From Lingula anatina (lineage: Eukaryota > Animalia > Brachiopoda), in NCBI GenBank assembly GCA_051362555.1, contig CM120643.1:5952001-6016000 (forward strand): DNA of 64,000 nt, read 5' to 3'. The notes under the pieces were generated by a model that did no database searches, had not been told where the DNA came from, and saw nothing but the letters and a program-made list of their open reading frames with translations. The translations under genes were made by a program, and so were the position numbers. Positions 36,251-49,879 of this stretch are shown here, piece after piece (position 1 is the first letter of the stretch; every line of letters starts with the position of its first letter).

Positions 36251-39200
36251 AGATGTTAGAGTTCTTTTATTCTACAAAGAAATTGCAGGAGCCGTCCGCA
36301 CTGGACAGATTCCCCCAGGACTGGAATTTTTAAGGCGAGAAAATAATAAAGCTTGATGAAAGTATTGATCAAATAGGCCCATGATCATTAATATAAAGCG
36401 TGTTATTATATATAGGTAAAATTTTACAAGGAATTAGCTTCTTAGAAAGAAATAGCTTCTCGACGTGAATTCCCAGAGAAAAAAATATATCGCCTGCATG
36501 GCCTCAAGTACAGTTATCACTGTTATATGGTACTCTTTTTTCATATAAATGAAATTCATGCCATGTTCCTCTGAAACATTGGGACAACATTTCAGAGGAA
36601 GAATTTGATAGAGTAAATCAGCGCTAAATTATAACGCCACGATGATTTTCTCGCATAACGTCAGCATAACATTTGCTGGAACTTATTTTAATTTAAGTTC
36701 CTTTCGTAGAGTTGACGATTTGCCAGTTAATTTTCTAGTGCTGCGTTTTTAGTAATGGCGCTCTTTCTCATTAGACGTCATTTTGGAATTCGAAGTCCAT
36801 CTTTGTGAATTACTATAGTTGAAACATAGGGTAGGCCTAGTTACATAAGTAGAAAAAATAAATATGAACAGGTTTTTTTTTTAGGCAAAAGTTGTAAAAG
36901 TTTGTATAACCTGGTGTGTTAAAGTTAAAGGACACTGGTAAACACCAGAACGCACTCAAAACTCAATTTCCCAAACCTTTTATACCATCATCCATACCCT
37001 CCCCCCATCATTTTTGTGCCGTTTTTTTTTCAACATATTTCCTTTTAATCCAACTTTCTCTATTGAATGGTTCGTCGACATCTAATTTAAACTAAAATAT
37101 CATATTGTCATTTTCAATAGCTAACTAGGTAATTTCTTTATGAACTTTTTATCCCCCCTCCCCGCCTCGCGTTGTCTTCACTAACACAATGAGGTGATAT
37201 TTTGTGGAATCCGTCACAATCATGGTTGAGACAGCATCAGAATCAAAACACTGCAGTCTCTATCGTAAGGTCTATTTGGTCAAACGTAGCAAAAACTGCT
37301 CAGATATTCAAATCAGTGGACCTTATTGAGTCATATCAAGAAAGCCAGTGACCCACATAATGTCGTTTCAATTTGGGGTTGATAAGGATCTGAAGTTAAT
37401 TTTCGTCTGACATTTTTTGAAATATACTGAACACAAACGTCGTGCAATGCAGTTTTAATGTTGTAAAGTACAAATGAAGTTCCATCCGTAAAATATTGAT
37501 GAGAGTTGAAAAGAAAAGGCGGTCACTTCAGCCTGCCACCTCCCCTACCATGAATGTAATGGGATGGACAGCCTGGAAGGAGACATCACTGCCTAAGTGC
37601 TGAGTGATCAGGAAGTGGAGCGAAGGCGGCTTAGATATTAAGTATACTATTATCGTAATTTCAGCCATATTAATATAACCTTTTAAGAAATCAATGTTAG
37701 GTATTTGGTGATAAGTTACTTGTGATTTATTTTTGAAAAGTATTGTGACATCCGTTTGCTTAAAAGTGGTTTTGACCATTTCCCAACATTTTCCCCATGT
37801 ACCATTTGATTTATTTCCTCCTTCACTTCATCTCATCACGTCTCATAAAACAATGGAAGATGCAGTTGCACTTCATGTTCAGTATTTTGACCTTCTTCGG
37901 TAGAAATAGTAGTGGCAGTGGATGTGTACTGTGAGAAATGGCCAAGGAGGGGGAGATGCTGTGAAATGTCTTGTGAGGGTCTGGCTATTGGCATGTTGAT
38001 ATTTACATGTAGTGAACGGTTGGTAGTGGAATTATAGAATATGATATAGGTAAAGTAATGAACGTCCATTTCCTAAGTAAAGAACATAATTCAAGTATTA
38101 AGGAGGTATAGTAATAAACTTCCATTTCGAATATTGGCAAGATTTCATAAATTAATATTTAATATTTCGTTTCATTAAAATGTGTGAGCTAAATTGAAGT
38201 TATATTGATTTCTGCGTGACATATTATAAGATCAACCTTTCCAAGACATAGGGGCAAGCTGATAGCCCGAAATGCTGTTTGGAACGGATTTAAAAAGGCT
38301 CTGTCTAAAAGTGTCTTTTACGTGTTTTTTTAATATAACATTACGAATTTGAGGTCTTTTACGAATGAAATGTAACATATTTAAAACGTAATGATATATC
38401 AGAATACATGGTCATCAGTTAAAAACTTGCTTTATTGTATTGAAATATGTTCTATACTATCTTATTGTCAAGTTTGTCACACTTGACATGTAAAATGATA
38501 CTATTTGTGGTATTCTTCAGCAAGACAGCAAGGGATGACTTCAAGTTTAGATGGGAATTAAGTACGCACAAATACACAAATTTTATGTCGGTTTAAAGCA
38601 CAATATTTTTCTATAGTATTCTGTAATTCTGTAATATTCTGTAATATTCTGAATTCTGTAATATTGAGTAATATTGAGTTTCACCTAAATCACCAAAGGA
38701 CACATTATCGAAATCGTTGATAAATTCTACAAGTCCGGTGTCGAATTTTTAATTTCTCTTTTTACCGGCGTGAGTATATTCTTCAGTTTCATTCTCAAAA
38801 TTGACTGAAATCTAGAATGTATCGACTGACGCTCATTGAGTGTCTTTCTTTTAATGTTCAGATGAGAAAAAAAGGATTATCGTCTCTTGAAATTTGCTGT
38901 CTTGTTGAGTAAGAGATGTCATTTTACAAATCAAGATCGATTATTTTGTGTCACAAGTGAAGTATGTAGAATTAAGAAATTTCCATTTGAGAAAAAATTC
39001 CATTTGAGAAATATCCCTTCTAGAAAAGCTGATTTCGTACATGTAAATACATATGATGGAAAAGAAACTACTTTCGTGTTTTACTTATCTCTGAACGTAT
39101 GTCATGATCTGTTCCTTGGATTTTAACCCAGATTTCAAAGGTGAACATGTAGTTTGTTTTCTAAATAGTTTTTGTAAGGATTGTTTTTTCAATTTCATAT

Positions 39201-39302
39201 TTCTTTTATAATCTAATGTTCATTATTCTTTCAATTTTGTCAAAAGCTGGGTAAACGCTGTATGTTTTTTTTTTTACGTATTTTGACACTTTGTTTTGTT
39301 TA

Positions 39303-39525
39303 AGCCCCCTCTACACTGGACGGCGTCCTTTCTGCGTCCCGTAGTACGGCCCCGTTTGAGAGTGAAAAAGAAATACTTTACGTGCCGACAACTGGCCGAG
39401 TTATCATTGAGCATTCATTCTGCAACCAAAGTGATGCTTGTCCGTCCTTTCTACGACCACAGCGATGCCAGTTTCATGGTCGCACAAAGGACGCAGAAAA
39501 GACGCCGTCCAGTGTAAAGGGGGTT
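39303..39525. mobile_element. PIF/Harbinger-type MITE, TSD TTA
   Basis: TIRs AGCCCCCTCTACACTGGACGGCGTC...GACGCCGTCCAGTGTAAAGGGGGTT. Confidence 0.85.
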
Positions 39526-39659
39526 TTAACAACGAAAGTGTGTCCGTTTTGTCTTCCTAACGATACGTGTCCGACTTAAAAATCGTTCAGTTTTAAACAT
39601 AGCATATAGCATTTAATAAAAATCTCATAATTGTCATTATTATTATATAGAAAAAAAAA

Positions 39660-39794
39660 CAATGGCGGATCCAGGACATTTTAAAGGGGTCAGATGTTGA
39701 CATTTGGAGCGAGATGGAGTATTTTGAGAACTTGATCATGCGAGTCCAGAAGGGGTCTCTCTCCTCGGGAGTGCGGAGACTAGATCCACCATTG
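39660..39794. mobile_element. Short MITE (CAATGGCGGATCCAG termini)
   Basis: TIR CAATGGCGGATC / GATCCACCATTG; no recognisable TSD. Confidence 0.6.
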
Positions 39795-40187
39795 TTTTTT
39801 TTTTTTTTTTGTTTTTTTTAAATTTTGATGAAGAAGTTGAAATATATTGTTTTTGTCATTAAGAACAAACATAAGACCATTAATGTGGTAGATAGTTTAT
39901 TCGTCAAGTCGAATAAATAAGAATGTTATATTTTTACACCTGTAAGTGAATTTAAATGCAGACATCATAATACTATACTATAATATCATAATATTCTTTA
40001 AGATACTAAATGCTTTTTAACTTGTAGTAATAAAAAGACTGAAGACGATGATATTTTACAGATATATGTTTTATAAATAATTGAATGCATAAAAGCAATT
40101 TGAATTGCTTATTGCTCTTAATAAAAAAACTTATTGAATATACAAAATGTCTCAGCGTTTTTACTGAGGGCTATATTGCTCAGTGGT

Positions 40188-40556
40188 AGCGTGGGGTTGG
40201 GGTTCGATTCCTGGCTCGGGCACTTTGGAATTACAAAGGGGTGTTATTAGAATTTTTCTTTGGTTACTATAAGAAGAAAGTCTACCCGAGGAGGGTGGGT
40301 GGGAACACTTAGAGAAGTAGGTAACGCGCTTGCCTCTGAGACAGAAGGTCCCCAGTTCGATTCCTGGCGCTACTAGGTCCCGGCAAATTACCTTTTGCAA
40401 AAATAAACCCAAATAAACAATTCAAACTACTATAAGAGGATCATACGAATGAGGAAAAACGCGAACTGAGATAGTGGCTCAGTAGGAAAGGCGATAGACT
40501 AAGAAGTAGAAAAGGGTAAGCTAGGAGTTGAAAACCTAAGGTTCAAGTCGAGCTGA
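40188..40556 (+). other. Three degenerate tRNA-like (A-box/B-box) units
   Basis: TGCTCAGTGG..GGTTCGATTCC (40188-40225), TAGAGAAGTAGG..AGTTCGATTCC (40303-40375), TGGCTCAGTAGG..GGTTCAAGTC (40468-40556); stems are broken. Confidence 0.6.
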
Positions 40557-43500
40557 AGAAAAGAAAGTCAAGAATGAATTTGTGACATCTTGCACATCAT
40601 CTCTTATACTTTTATGTACATTTATTATAACAAATACAAACAACTACATCATACAGATGTATACAAAATCCTAACATTACATTTTGGCTCTACATAAAAA
40701 GTAATTTTCATAACGACTGCGCAATTTGAGATATAAATTAATCTTAAATACAACTATCTACAACTAAATGTGTGGGAGATTATATGCATTTTGAAAAGTG
40801 TCGCTCAAGATCAGTCGTTTTGGTTTTAATAAAGAACATGAAATCTCCCTTTTTTATATTTTTGCCCAAAGTTAAAAGAGAAAGTTGAAGATTCGAAGTG
40901 AAGTATTTTACAGCAATCGTTCAAAGTTGACATTGAAGTATTTGTCTTATGAGTGAGCCAAAATTTCACCAAGGGACATTTTTATCCAAAATTTCAGCAA
41001 GGGGGTGGTAACAGTATGGAAAATTCAAAATGCATACTATCTCATGTAAACGTTACCCTGTACGCGGGTACACACTCATGGCCCTACAACTTACTCTAGG
41101 TCGCCATGCTGATGATAACACACTACACCAAACAGCAGTCAAACATTATTCAATTTTGTTCATATGATGAGTGCTTTTCTTATAGATAAATGAATATGTA
41201 CCTCATATTTTGCGTCATTTTTTCTTCTCTTTAAATTTTAAAATAGGATTTTGGTGATACAATTTTGAGTGAACATAAATTTACGCGCCGTGCGAATCAA
41301 GAACAGCATGAAGACATGGTCAGTTTACAACCTTATCCCAGTCATAGTCATTTTAAGAACAATATGTAAACAAATTTGAAAAGGTTATGCAAAAACAAGT
41401 TTACTTAAAATAACTCAGAAAATGCTAATAAACTCTACAGTCACTGGTGTTCAGTGGTCAAGAAACACTCAGTAAAATAACCCAACAGCACGTGCAGGAC
41501 TGGCACCTAATCAGGCCTTTTGTTCTCATCACCCCTTGATCCCAGCCGAAAGCTAAAATTAAAAAAGTACCAAGTACCGAGATAAACGAATTTGATAAGG
41601 ATTTTTCAAAATTCCAAGGTGTAAAAGGATGCGATAAATGCCATTCCTACATATACATTTAAAATGACAAAAGATGCCATAAGTAAACACTTTTTGCAAT
41701 TTACTGTTTCCCTTTGTGAACATTTAACATTTTCGCTTTGTAAGGAAGGCAAAAAGTCAAATTTCCTTCTTTAATTAAAAAAAGCACATTATTTTCGAAA
41801 AAAATTACCCCAACCCCTGGTTTGATTGTCTGAAAATAAAAACATTTCTACCCCCTCCCAGCAATAAAACTATGGGTCCATCACTGATCAGACATAGTAC
41901 TAGTATATCAAAACACCGGGAACCCAAGGAAGTTTATTCTTACCATGTGTCATAACTGCATATTCACAATTTTAGAAAGACCCGTTTTAATACATGTGGG
42001 CAATTCTGCAATAACTTGAGCACATTTTACAATTTTATACTGCCGTTAATTCTTAAGTGTCATAATTTGGATTACGTTTATTGTAGATTTATATCTCGGT
42101 CATTACAACCCAAAGCAAACATTACATTTCAAACCAAAGCAAATGTCAACCATGCAAGTTGACTATACGGCAGACTTCGACACGCAAGACAACGTTGACA
42201 TGGGTGCGGGCGCTGGCGAACACGAATCTGATGTCTTTTCTGGGAGTGCGTCCAATCTCATCGCAGACGGTTGTTACGAGGCACTGAAATTAAATGAAAA
42301 ATGAAATAAATTAAACTAAATTCATAATAATATCTAAGGAATTGACAAAGTGAAATACATAATATTAATAATAATCTTGATAGGTTTTTTACTTTCTTAG
42401 TTAAACATTATTTTGCGTATTTTGTGGGTAGAGTGATATAAATTCAGGATTTCATTGCTACACGTGCTTATTATCTTCAGAATGATTTTACCAATTACTT
42501 TATACCAATACATCCATACTTAAATAAATTCGTAATCCGAATGCTGGCACTTTAGCTCATCTTTTTTTTTAAATCAAATAGTTAATGCAAGCATTTTATT
42601 TCAGATTATAATATCAAAGACGGTATGTAATCGAAATTGCAATCAGGAAAAAATGAAGTCAACGGGGTCGACAATGCCTAGCTAATATACGTTTGCTTTC
42701 CTGGTTGCGGCTATTTCTCTATAAAATAATTTGTTTATTGTCAGTTAGCTTTAATAAATAGGATATATTTGTACAGGTCACTGTCAAAAAATAAAAAAGT
42801 CACCCATTGGTAGCAGAGAATGTTACAGTAGTTACCTGCTTTGTCGTCTTGCTTTGTTTAAGACAGAATAACGCGTTCAGACCTTTGGACGGCTGGAATA
42901 ATCTTCTCACTTCTTTATGAGTAAATACTTTCCTTCTGGAAAAAGCAATATAAAAAGTTATTAAACTTTCCAAGCTTATTTCAGCATTCATGTCAATGAA
43001 ATATATCCAAGAGCCATTACGTCTAAAGTGGGAAATGCATACTTTTGGATAAAATATCGTCAACATAAACCGATCAGTGTTGCCTTATATCATCTATACA
43101 GTACTTACAACAAACTACATCAGTTCTCAGTGCCAAAATTTCAGTCTACGTGTGGAAATTGTGGCAATGTGACACGTGAAGCTTCTTCCTCTTCCTTCTG
43201 ACCTTGGTCCTATCTGAATACCTCTCACCAAAATGCTCACCTGGTTTACATAATAATAGCACTGACTGTGGGATTGTGTTAGAGAAGACACGATGCGGCT
43301 TAACGCAATCTAAACGTTATCATCAGGTTATTGCACAAACAAACCATTTTGTTTTGTCCATCTATAGACCTTCATCCCAAATAAATGAGGTTTTTATTAT
43401 TAACCCATCCCAATTTAAACATGATCGCCTATTGCTCTAGCACTGTAAATATTGAACAGTTGTGGCGACTTAGGTTAATTTGTACATATATATCTAACAT

Positions 43501-43591
43501 TTTTATTTTTATGCAGCAGTACATATGAACCCAAATATGCTTCTTAGAAAAAATAAATCACATAAGAATTATACTGAGTTACGCATCATTC

Positions 43592-45630
43592 GTGAAGGTA
43601 TTGTTTTCTGATTTCATTGTTTGTTCTCTGTTGTCCCGACTCTGTGGTTGTGTGCGACGTTTAGTTGTATATGTGCGCACGCTTGTTTTTACGTCGCTTA
43701 TTCTTCTTTGTTACGCTAAAATGATACATACGTTACCGATACATACGTTACCATGAAGCGTGTAAATATTTATTCTATTTTCATTGGTTTTCTTTCGCTT
43801 TGTGGGCCAACACTTATGTCTTTTATTTGTGTTTCATTAAAATAGTGTTGGCGCACAAAAGGAGAGACAACCAATGAAAATAGAATAAAAAATATTTACC
43901 CGCTTTATGGTAACGTATGTATCATTTTAACGTAACAAAGAAGAATGAGCGACGTAATAACATGCGTGCGCACATATACAACGTCGCACGCAACCACAGA
44001 GTCGCGACAACAGAGAACAAACAATGAAATTAGAAAACAGCAATACCTTCATTTATGGTAACGTATGTATCATTTTAACGTAACAAAGAAGAATGAGCGA
44101 CGTAATAACATGCGTGCGCACATATACAACGTCGCACGCAACCACAGACTCTGCTTTTCCTTCTATTGTAATGTTGTATACCGTAAGAATAAGGCGTTTG
44201 CTCACAAAACGGACAACAAACAATTAAAAAATAAAAGTATTTACAAGCCACATGGTAACTATTTTCATTGGTTGTCTTTCGTTTTGTGCGCCAACACTTA
44301 TGTCTAAATGTTACATAAAAATGAAAGAAATCGAGACAAATAAGATTTCTTGCCTTCAACTATCTGTGAAAATTGTTCATATGATACATACGTTACCGAT
44401 ATATACGTTACCATGAAGCGTGTAAATATTTATTTATTCTATTTTCATTGGTTTTCTTTCGTTTTGTGGGCCAGCACTTATGTCTTATTGTTACATTAAA
44501 ATGAAAGACAACGAGACAAATAATATTTCTTGCCTTCAACTATCTGTGAAAATTGTTCATATGATACATACGTTACCGATATATACGTTACCATGAAGCG
44601 TGTAAATATTTATTTATTCTATTTTCATTGGGTTTCTTTCGTTTTGTGGGCCAGCACTTATGTCTTATTGTTACATTAAAATGAAAGACAACGAGACAAA
44701 TAATATTTCTTGCCTTCAACTATCTGTGAAAATTGTTCATATGATACATACGTTACCGATATATATACATGGCCAAATAATATGAAGGTGTTGTTTTCTG
44801 ATTCCATTGATTGTTTTCTGTTGTCACGGCTTTGTTAGTGCGTGCGACTGTGTACATGTGTATGTGCGCACGTTTGTACGTCGTTCATTTGTACGTCGTT
44901 TGTTACCTTAATATGATACATAGGTTACCGATTCATACGTTTCCATGAAGCGTGTAAATATTTATTTATTCTATTTTCATTGGTTGTCTTTCGTTTTGTG
45001 AGCCAGCTCTTATGTCTTAATGCCACATTAAAATGAAAGAAAACGAGACAAATAAGATTCCCTGCCTTCCACTATCTGTGAAAATTGTCCATTTGATTCA
45101 TACGTTACAGATATGTACGTGACCAAATGATATGAAGGTGTTGTTTTCTGATTCCATTGACTGTTTTCTGTTGTCACGACTTTGTGAGTGAGGGTGACCT
45201 TGTATATGTGCGCTTTTCGTTTTACGGCCCTCATTCTGATTTTTTACGTTAATATGATACATATAACGTGAAGGTATTGTTTTCTGATTTCATTGTTTGT
45301 TCTCTGTTGTCGTGACTCTGTGGTTGCGTGCGACGTTGTATATTCTTCTTTGTTACGTTAAAATGATACATACGTTACCGATACATACGTTACCATGAAG
45401 CGTGTAAATATTTATTTTATTTTCATTGATTTTCTTTCGCTTTGTGGGCCAAAACTTATCTCTTTTATTTGTGTTGCAATTAAATAGTGTTGGCGCAGAA
45501 AAGGAAAGACAACCAATGAAAATAGAATAAAAAATATTTACACGCTTTATGGTAACGTATGTATCATTTTAACGTAACAAAGAAGAATGAGCGACGTAAT
45601 AACATGCGTGCGCACATATACTACGTCGCT
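43592..45630. repeat. Compound foldback and tandem repeat cluster
   Basis: Inverted arms 43592-43814 / 43843-44050 and 45267-45455 / 45486-45630; 180-bp tandem units (ATGATACATACGTTACC at 44381, 44561, 44741). Confidence 0.9.
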
Positions 45631-45892
45631 GACTTGATATCTGTAAGATTCTGTGCAGGGAGAAATGGGAGACATGGCCTAGTTTTTTACCTCTCAAAAA
45701 GTTTGCAATATACTTTGTCTTTCAGTGGTCCCCGATTCTTTAATATTACCAATGTTATCACTTTGAACCGCATAAAACACTTTTTGGAAGTAAAAGAATC
45801 ATATTAGAAACTATCACTACACTTTCTTTTTATCATTTTATTTTTATTCATCTTGGTATTGCCACTGACATATCTACTAGTGCCTTAATTTA

Positions 45893-46141
45893 GGACTCAT
45901 TCCCAATGACACTATTGATCTATGTAAATTGATCCAACTCCACAGGGACTCTTGCTGAATGCAATTGGATTGGCTCGCCTCCTTTTGTTTATAACATGCT
46001 TGTTTTCCATTTTCTACTCAAAGCTAGGGGGTGGTATGCTAATCTCTTAATCTGATTACATTCAGCAAGAGTCCCCCTGAATTGATCTACCTAGACAGAT
46101 AAAACACTGAATGCACTCTTATTTTTATTGGGACTGAGTTC
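45893..46141. mobile_element. PIF/Harbinger-type MITE, TSD TTA
   Basis: GGACTCATTCCCAAT...ATTGGGACTGAGTTC flanked by TTA. Confidence 0.65.
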
Positions 46142-46629
46142 TTAGACCTAAATATTCTTGCACAGTCATATAAATAAAACAACAACAATAAATAATAATA
46201 TTATAATTTATTTATAATTAAAAGTTGGTTGGTACATTGATAATGTTGAAATGATAATTCTCAGAAAAACAAAGGCCAAATACATTTTCAAGAAGTACAT
46301 TAAAATTGAAAGTTATGTATAAAGTTTATGAAATTATATAATTACCTAATATAAGTATGATAAATAGTGACAAAAACTGCATTGTAGACTTTCAATTTAA
46401 TTTTCAAAGACATAAAAACAGTATTCATACACATTTGCACAGTACTTTTTACTTACATTTTTGCGATAAAAATTCCCCATGTAAATTTATATGTCCTTTG
46501 TAATATTTCATAAGGAAACAAAAGTCAGCAAAGAGACTGTTGCCACTTTATAAATGTTCTCTCTCTGATCGCTGTATATCATGTCCACAGTGTGTTCAGG
46601 TATTTCCATGAGACTACAGACACATATAC

Positions 46630-49251
46630 AACTAGAGGATCAGAGAGGCGATACCGCCTCCGAATATTGTACCACCAGCTGGAGCAAGCGCATTCGTATA
46701 GACCCCCCACATACACAAAATAAGGGACACAGCCACCAGTCTTATGCTTGACAAGCTATAAAAATGCAATCAACAAGAATTTTCAAAATACGCAAAAAAT
46801 ATATATAACTTAAAATGGTACAATCAAAGTTAAGTTAAGGTAGGTCAAAGGTCAATTTCAAGGTCACAGTAAATTGCCAGTATATGACTTTCTATTCAAC
46901 TACAATAGTAACTATGAACCTATCTCTGCCAGGTTTGGAGTTAAAAGAGAAAGAAATTAGCAGAGTTCAGTTCATGATTATAAGTAGGTCAAAGGTCAAT
47001 TTCAAGGTCACACTTAGATTGCCAGTATATGACTTCCTATTCAAGTTCAATAGTAACTATGGACCTATCTCGCTAGTTTTGGAGATAAAAGGGAACCAAA
47101 ATTTGCAAAGTTCAATTCATGATAAAAAGTAGGTCAAAGGTCAATTTCAAGGTCACATTTAGATTGCCAGTATATGACTTCCTATTCAACTTCAATAGTA
47201 ACTATGGACCTATCTCTGCCAGGTTTGGAGTTAAAAGAGAAAGAATTTAGCAGAGTTCAGTTCATGGTGAAAAGTAGGTCAAAGGTCAATTTTAAGGTCA
47301 CATTTAGATTGCCAGTATATGACTTCCTATTCAACTTCAATAGTAACTATGGACCTATCTCTGCTAGTTTTGGAGATAAAAGGGAAGCAAAATTTCCAAA
47401 GTTCAGTTCATGGTGAAAAGTAGGTCAAAGGTCAATTTCAAGGTCACATTTAGATTGCCAGTATATGACTTCATATTCAAGTTCAATAGAAACTATGGAC
47501 CTATCTCTGCCAGTTTTGGAGATAAAAGGGAGGCAAAATTTGCAAAGTTAAGTGCATGGTGAAAAGTAGGTCAAAGGTCAATTTCAAGGTCACAGTAAGA
47601 TTGCCAGTACATGACTTCCTATTCAACTTCAATAGTAACTATGGACTTATCTCTGCCAGTTTTGGAGATATAAGGGACTAAATGTTATAATTTTGGAGTT
47701 ACCATAATGTGCCATAAATTTCCTATGGAAAAAATTAATTAAAATAAAGAAAAGGTCATTTTGGAAAAAAAACCCCTTGAAATGGGAGGTGCTCTGAAGT
47801 TCCAGATGTTCAAATTTGATGAAATAATGTCATTTTCGACCACAAATTGCCTGCTTTGCCAAGCCTTATGTTTTATTTTTCCGGAGTTCAAAATTTATTA
47901 TCCATTACCGTACTGCACATTTTGCTTTAACCACCAAAATGTACTTTTTGATACAGTGTAACTTTGGAGATAAAAGGGAAGCAAAATTTGCAAGGTTCAG
48001 TTCATGATGAAAAGTAGGTCAAAGGTCAATTTCAAGGTCACAGTAAGATTGCCAGTATATGACTTCCTATTCAAGTTCAATAGTAACTATGGACCTATCT
48101 CTGCCAGTTTTGGAGATAAAAGGGAACCAAAATTTGCAAAGTTCAATTCATGATAAAAAGTAGGTCAAAGGTCAATTTCAAGGTCACATTTAGATTGCCA
48201 GTACATGACTTCCTATTCAACTTCAATAGTAACTATGGACTTATCTCTGCCAGTTTTGGAGATATAAGGGACTAAATGTTATAATTTTGGAGTTACCATA
48301 ATGTGCCATAAATTTCCTACAGAAAAAATTAATTAAAATAAAGAAAAGGTCATTTTGGTAAAATTCTTGAAATGGGAGGTGCTCTGAAGTTTCAAATGTT
48401 CAAATTTGATGAAATAATGTCATTTTTGACCACAAGTTGCCTGCTTTGCCTAGCCTTATGTTTTATTTTTACGGAGTTCAAAATTTATTATCCATTACCG
48501 TACTGCACATTTTGCTTTAACCACCAAAATGTACTTTTTGATACAGCGTAACTCGAAAACCGTATGGAATACAAAAAAACAGAGACCACCTCCAGTGTTG
48601 GGCTTTACATGCTCTACAAAATGCAAAAAAGAATGGGTCTCTAGCATTAACGGTTCCCGAATTACAGACAGTTTTCAGTTTCGGTATCTTATGGCCGCTA
48701 CACCCGTGAAAATGCACCGATTGACCCCAAATTCACACAGATGAAAGATGACCTGAAGGGTAATATTTTCCAATAATTTTATTGGTTAAGTCTGTGTGGT
48801 GTCTGAATAACAGCGCAAATAAATTTTTTTTCGTAAAAAAATTCATTTTTTTGAAAATTTTTGCCCGTTTGACCTTGAAATAAAGGTCAAAGGTCAAATC
48901 CAAGGGCATATTTGAAATCTACACATATGACTTTTGGAAAGCCGTCTGTAGAAATTTTTCCCATAATTCCTTCCGTAGGGTAGATAATTAGCATTTAATT
49001 TTGCCATTTTTGGACAAGGGTGCATTGCAATGAGTGCCACACCTAGACCCCAATACCGACAAAGCCCAAATTTTACGTGGAACGAGTTGAGATTATAGGT
49101 GACCTAAATCCAAGAGATGGGTATGGGGGCCCTTACCGTCTAGGAGGAGAAGCGGTAACGGTAACATGGCGGCGGAGCCGCAGGAGCCAGCGGAACGGAC
49201 CGGACGGGACTAAAACCATGTGTACCGCCAGCGCTAACGCTGGTGGTACAA
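46630..49251 (-). mobile_element. HINE (Helentron-associated non-autonomous element, DINE-1-like), copy A
   Basis: On the minus strand: 5' TTGTACCACCAGC subTIR with hairpin, GTCC-like microsatellite, central 145-146-bp array (6+2 units), 3' subTIR GCTGGTGGTACAA, GAGGCG-GTAT-CGCCTC stem-loop, CTAGTT end; inserted at a TT site. Confidence 0.88.
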
Positions 49252-49492
49252 CTATGATATCATCACTGTATATCATGTCCACAGTGTGTTCAGGTATTTC
49301 CATATGAGACTACAGACATATACTACTATGATATCATCACTGTATATCATGTCCACAGTGTGTTCAGGTATTTCCATATGAGACTACAGACACATATACA
49401 ACTATGATATCATCACTGTATATTATGTCCACAGTGTGTTCAGTGATTTCCACATGAGACTACAGACACATATACAACTAAGATCATCACTG
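49252..49492 (+). repeat. ~75-bp tandem repeat split by HINE copy A (left part 46572-46631)
   Basis: CTATGATATCATCACTG at 49252, 49326, 49402. Confidence 0.9.
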
Positions 49493-49655
49493 CACTGATG
49501 AATACAATAGTCACATCATATTACCTGGTTGGGGTTATGTGTGTAAATGAAATATCTTCAATATGACAGTAAGTGTAAATGCAACTCTCAAGTGGTGAAA
49601 AGCTTTAAAATTTTTATTGATCAAGTATCCTTCATCAGTTTTGTATAGATATAAG

Positions 49656-49828
49656 CAGGCCCGTAGCCAGCAATTTCAAATGAGGGGTTCGTTTTCTGAA
49701 AATGTGGACCTTTTACCATAAAACCTTCATGTACCTAGATCAAATTTTATCCAAAGTGGACCTTTTCCCAGCAAAAAGGGTCGTTCTTTTGAACCCCCCC
49801 CCCCCCCCCCCCCCCGGCTACGGGCCTG
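49656..49828. mobile_element. MITE with 5-bp TSD (ATAAG), hAT-like termini
   Basis: CAGGCCCGTAGCC...GGCTACGGGCCTG flanked by ATAAG. Confidence 0.88.
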
Positions 49829-49879
49829 ATAAGCATGTTTTACCCCCTACCCAGGTTCTGTATGATATTATTTGTTAAT

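Larger units (their letters stand above)
31337..38965 (+). repeat. Segmental duplication, copy 2
   Basis: See copy 1. Lacks the L1 insert and 4430-5766 but has an extra block 33663-36528. Confidence 0.95.

Noticed and set aside
40188-40556. Functional tRNA genes
   Set aside because: Acceptor and anticodon stems do not pair; kept only as tRNA-like units.
46884-49307. Repeated ORFs (MTSYSTSIVT..., MERVEIIGD..., MYFLIQRN...) also at 59613-62723
   Set aside because: Chance frames within the non-coding HINE satellite and body; no Rep/helicase motifs.
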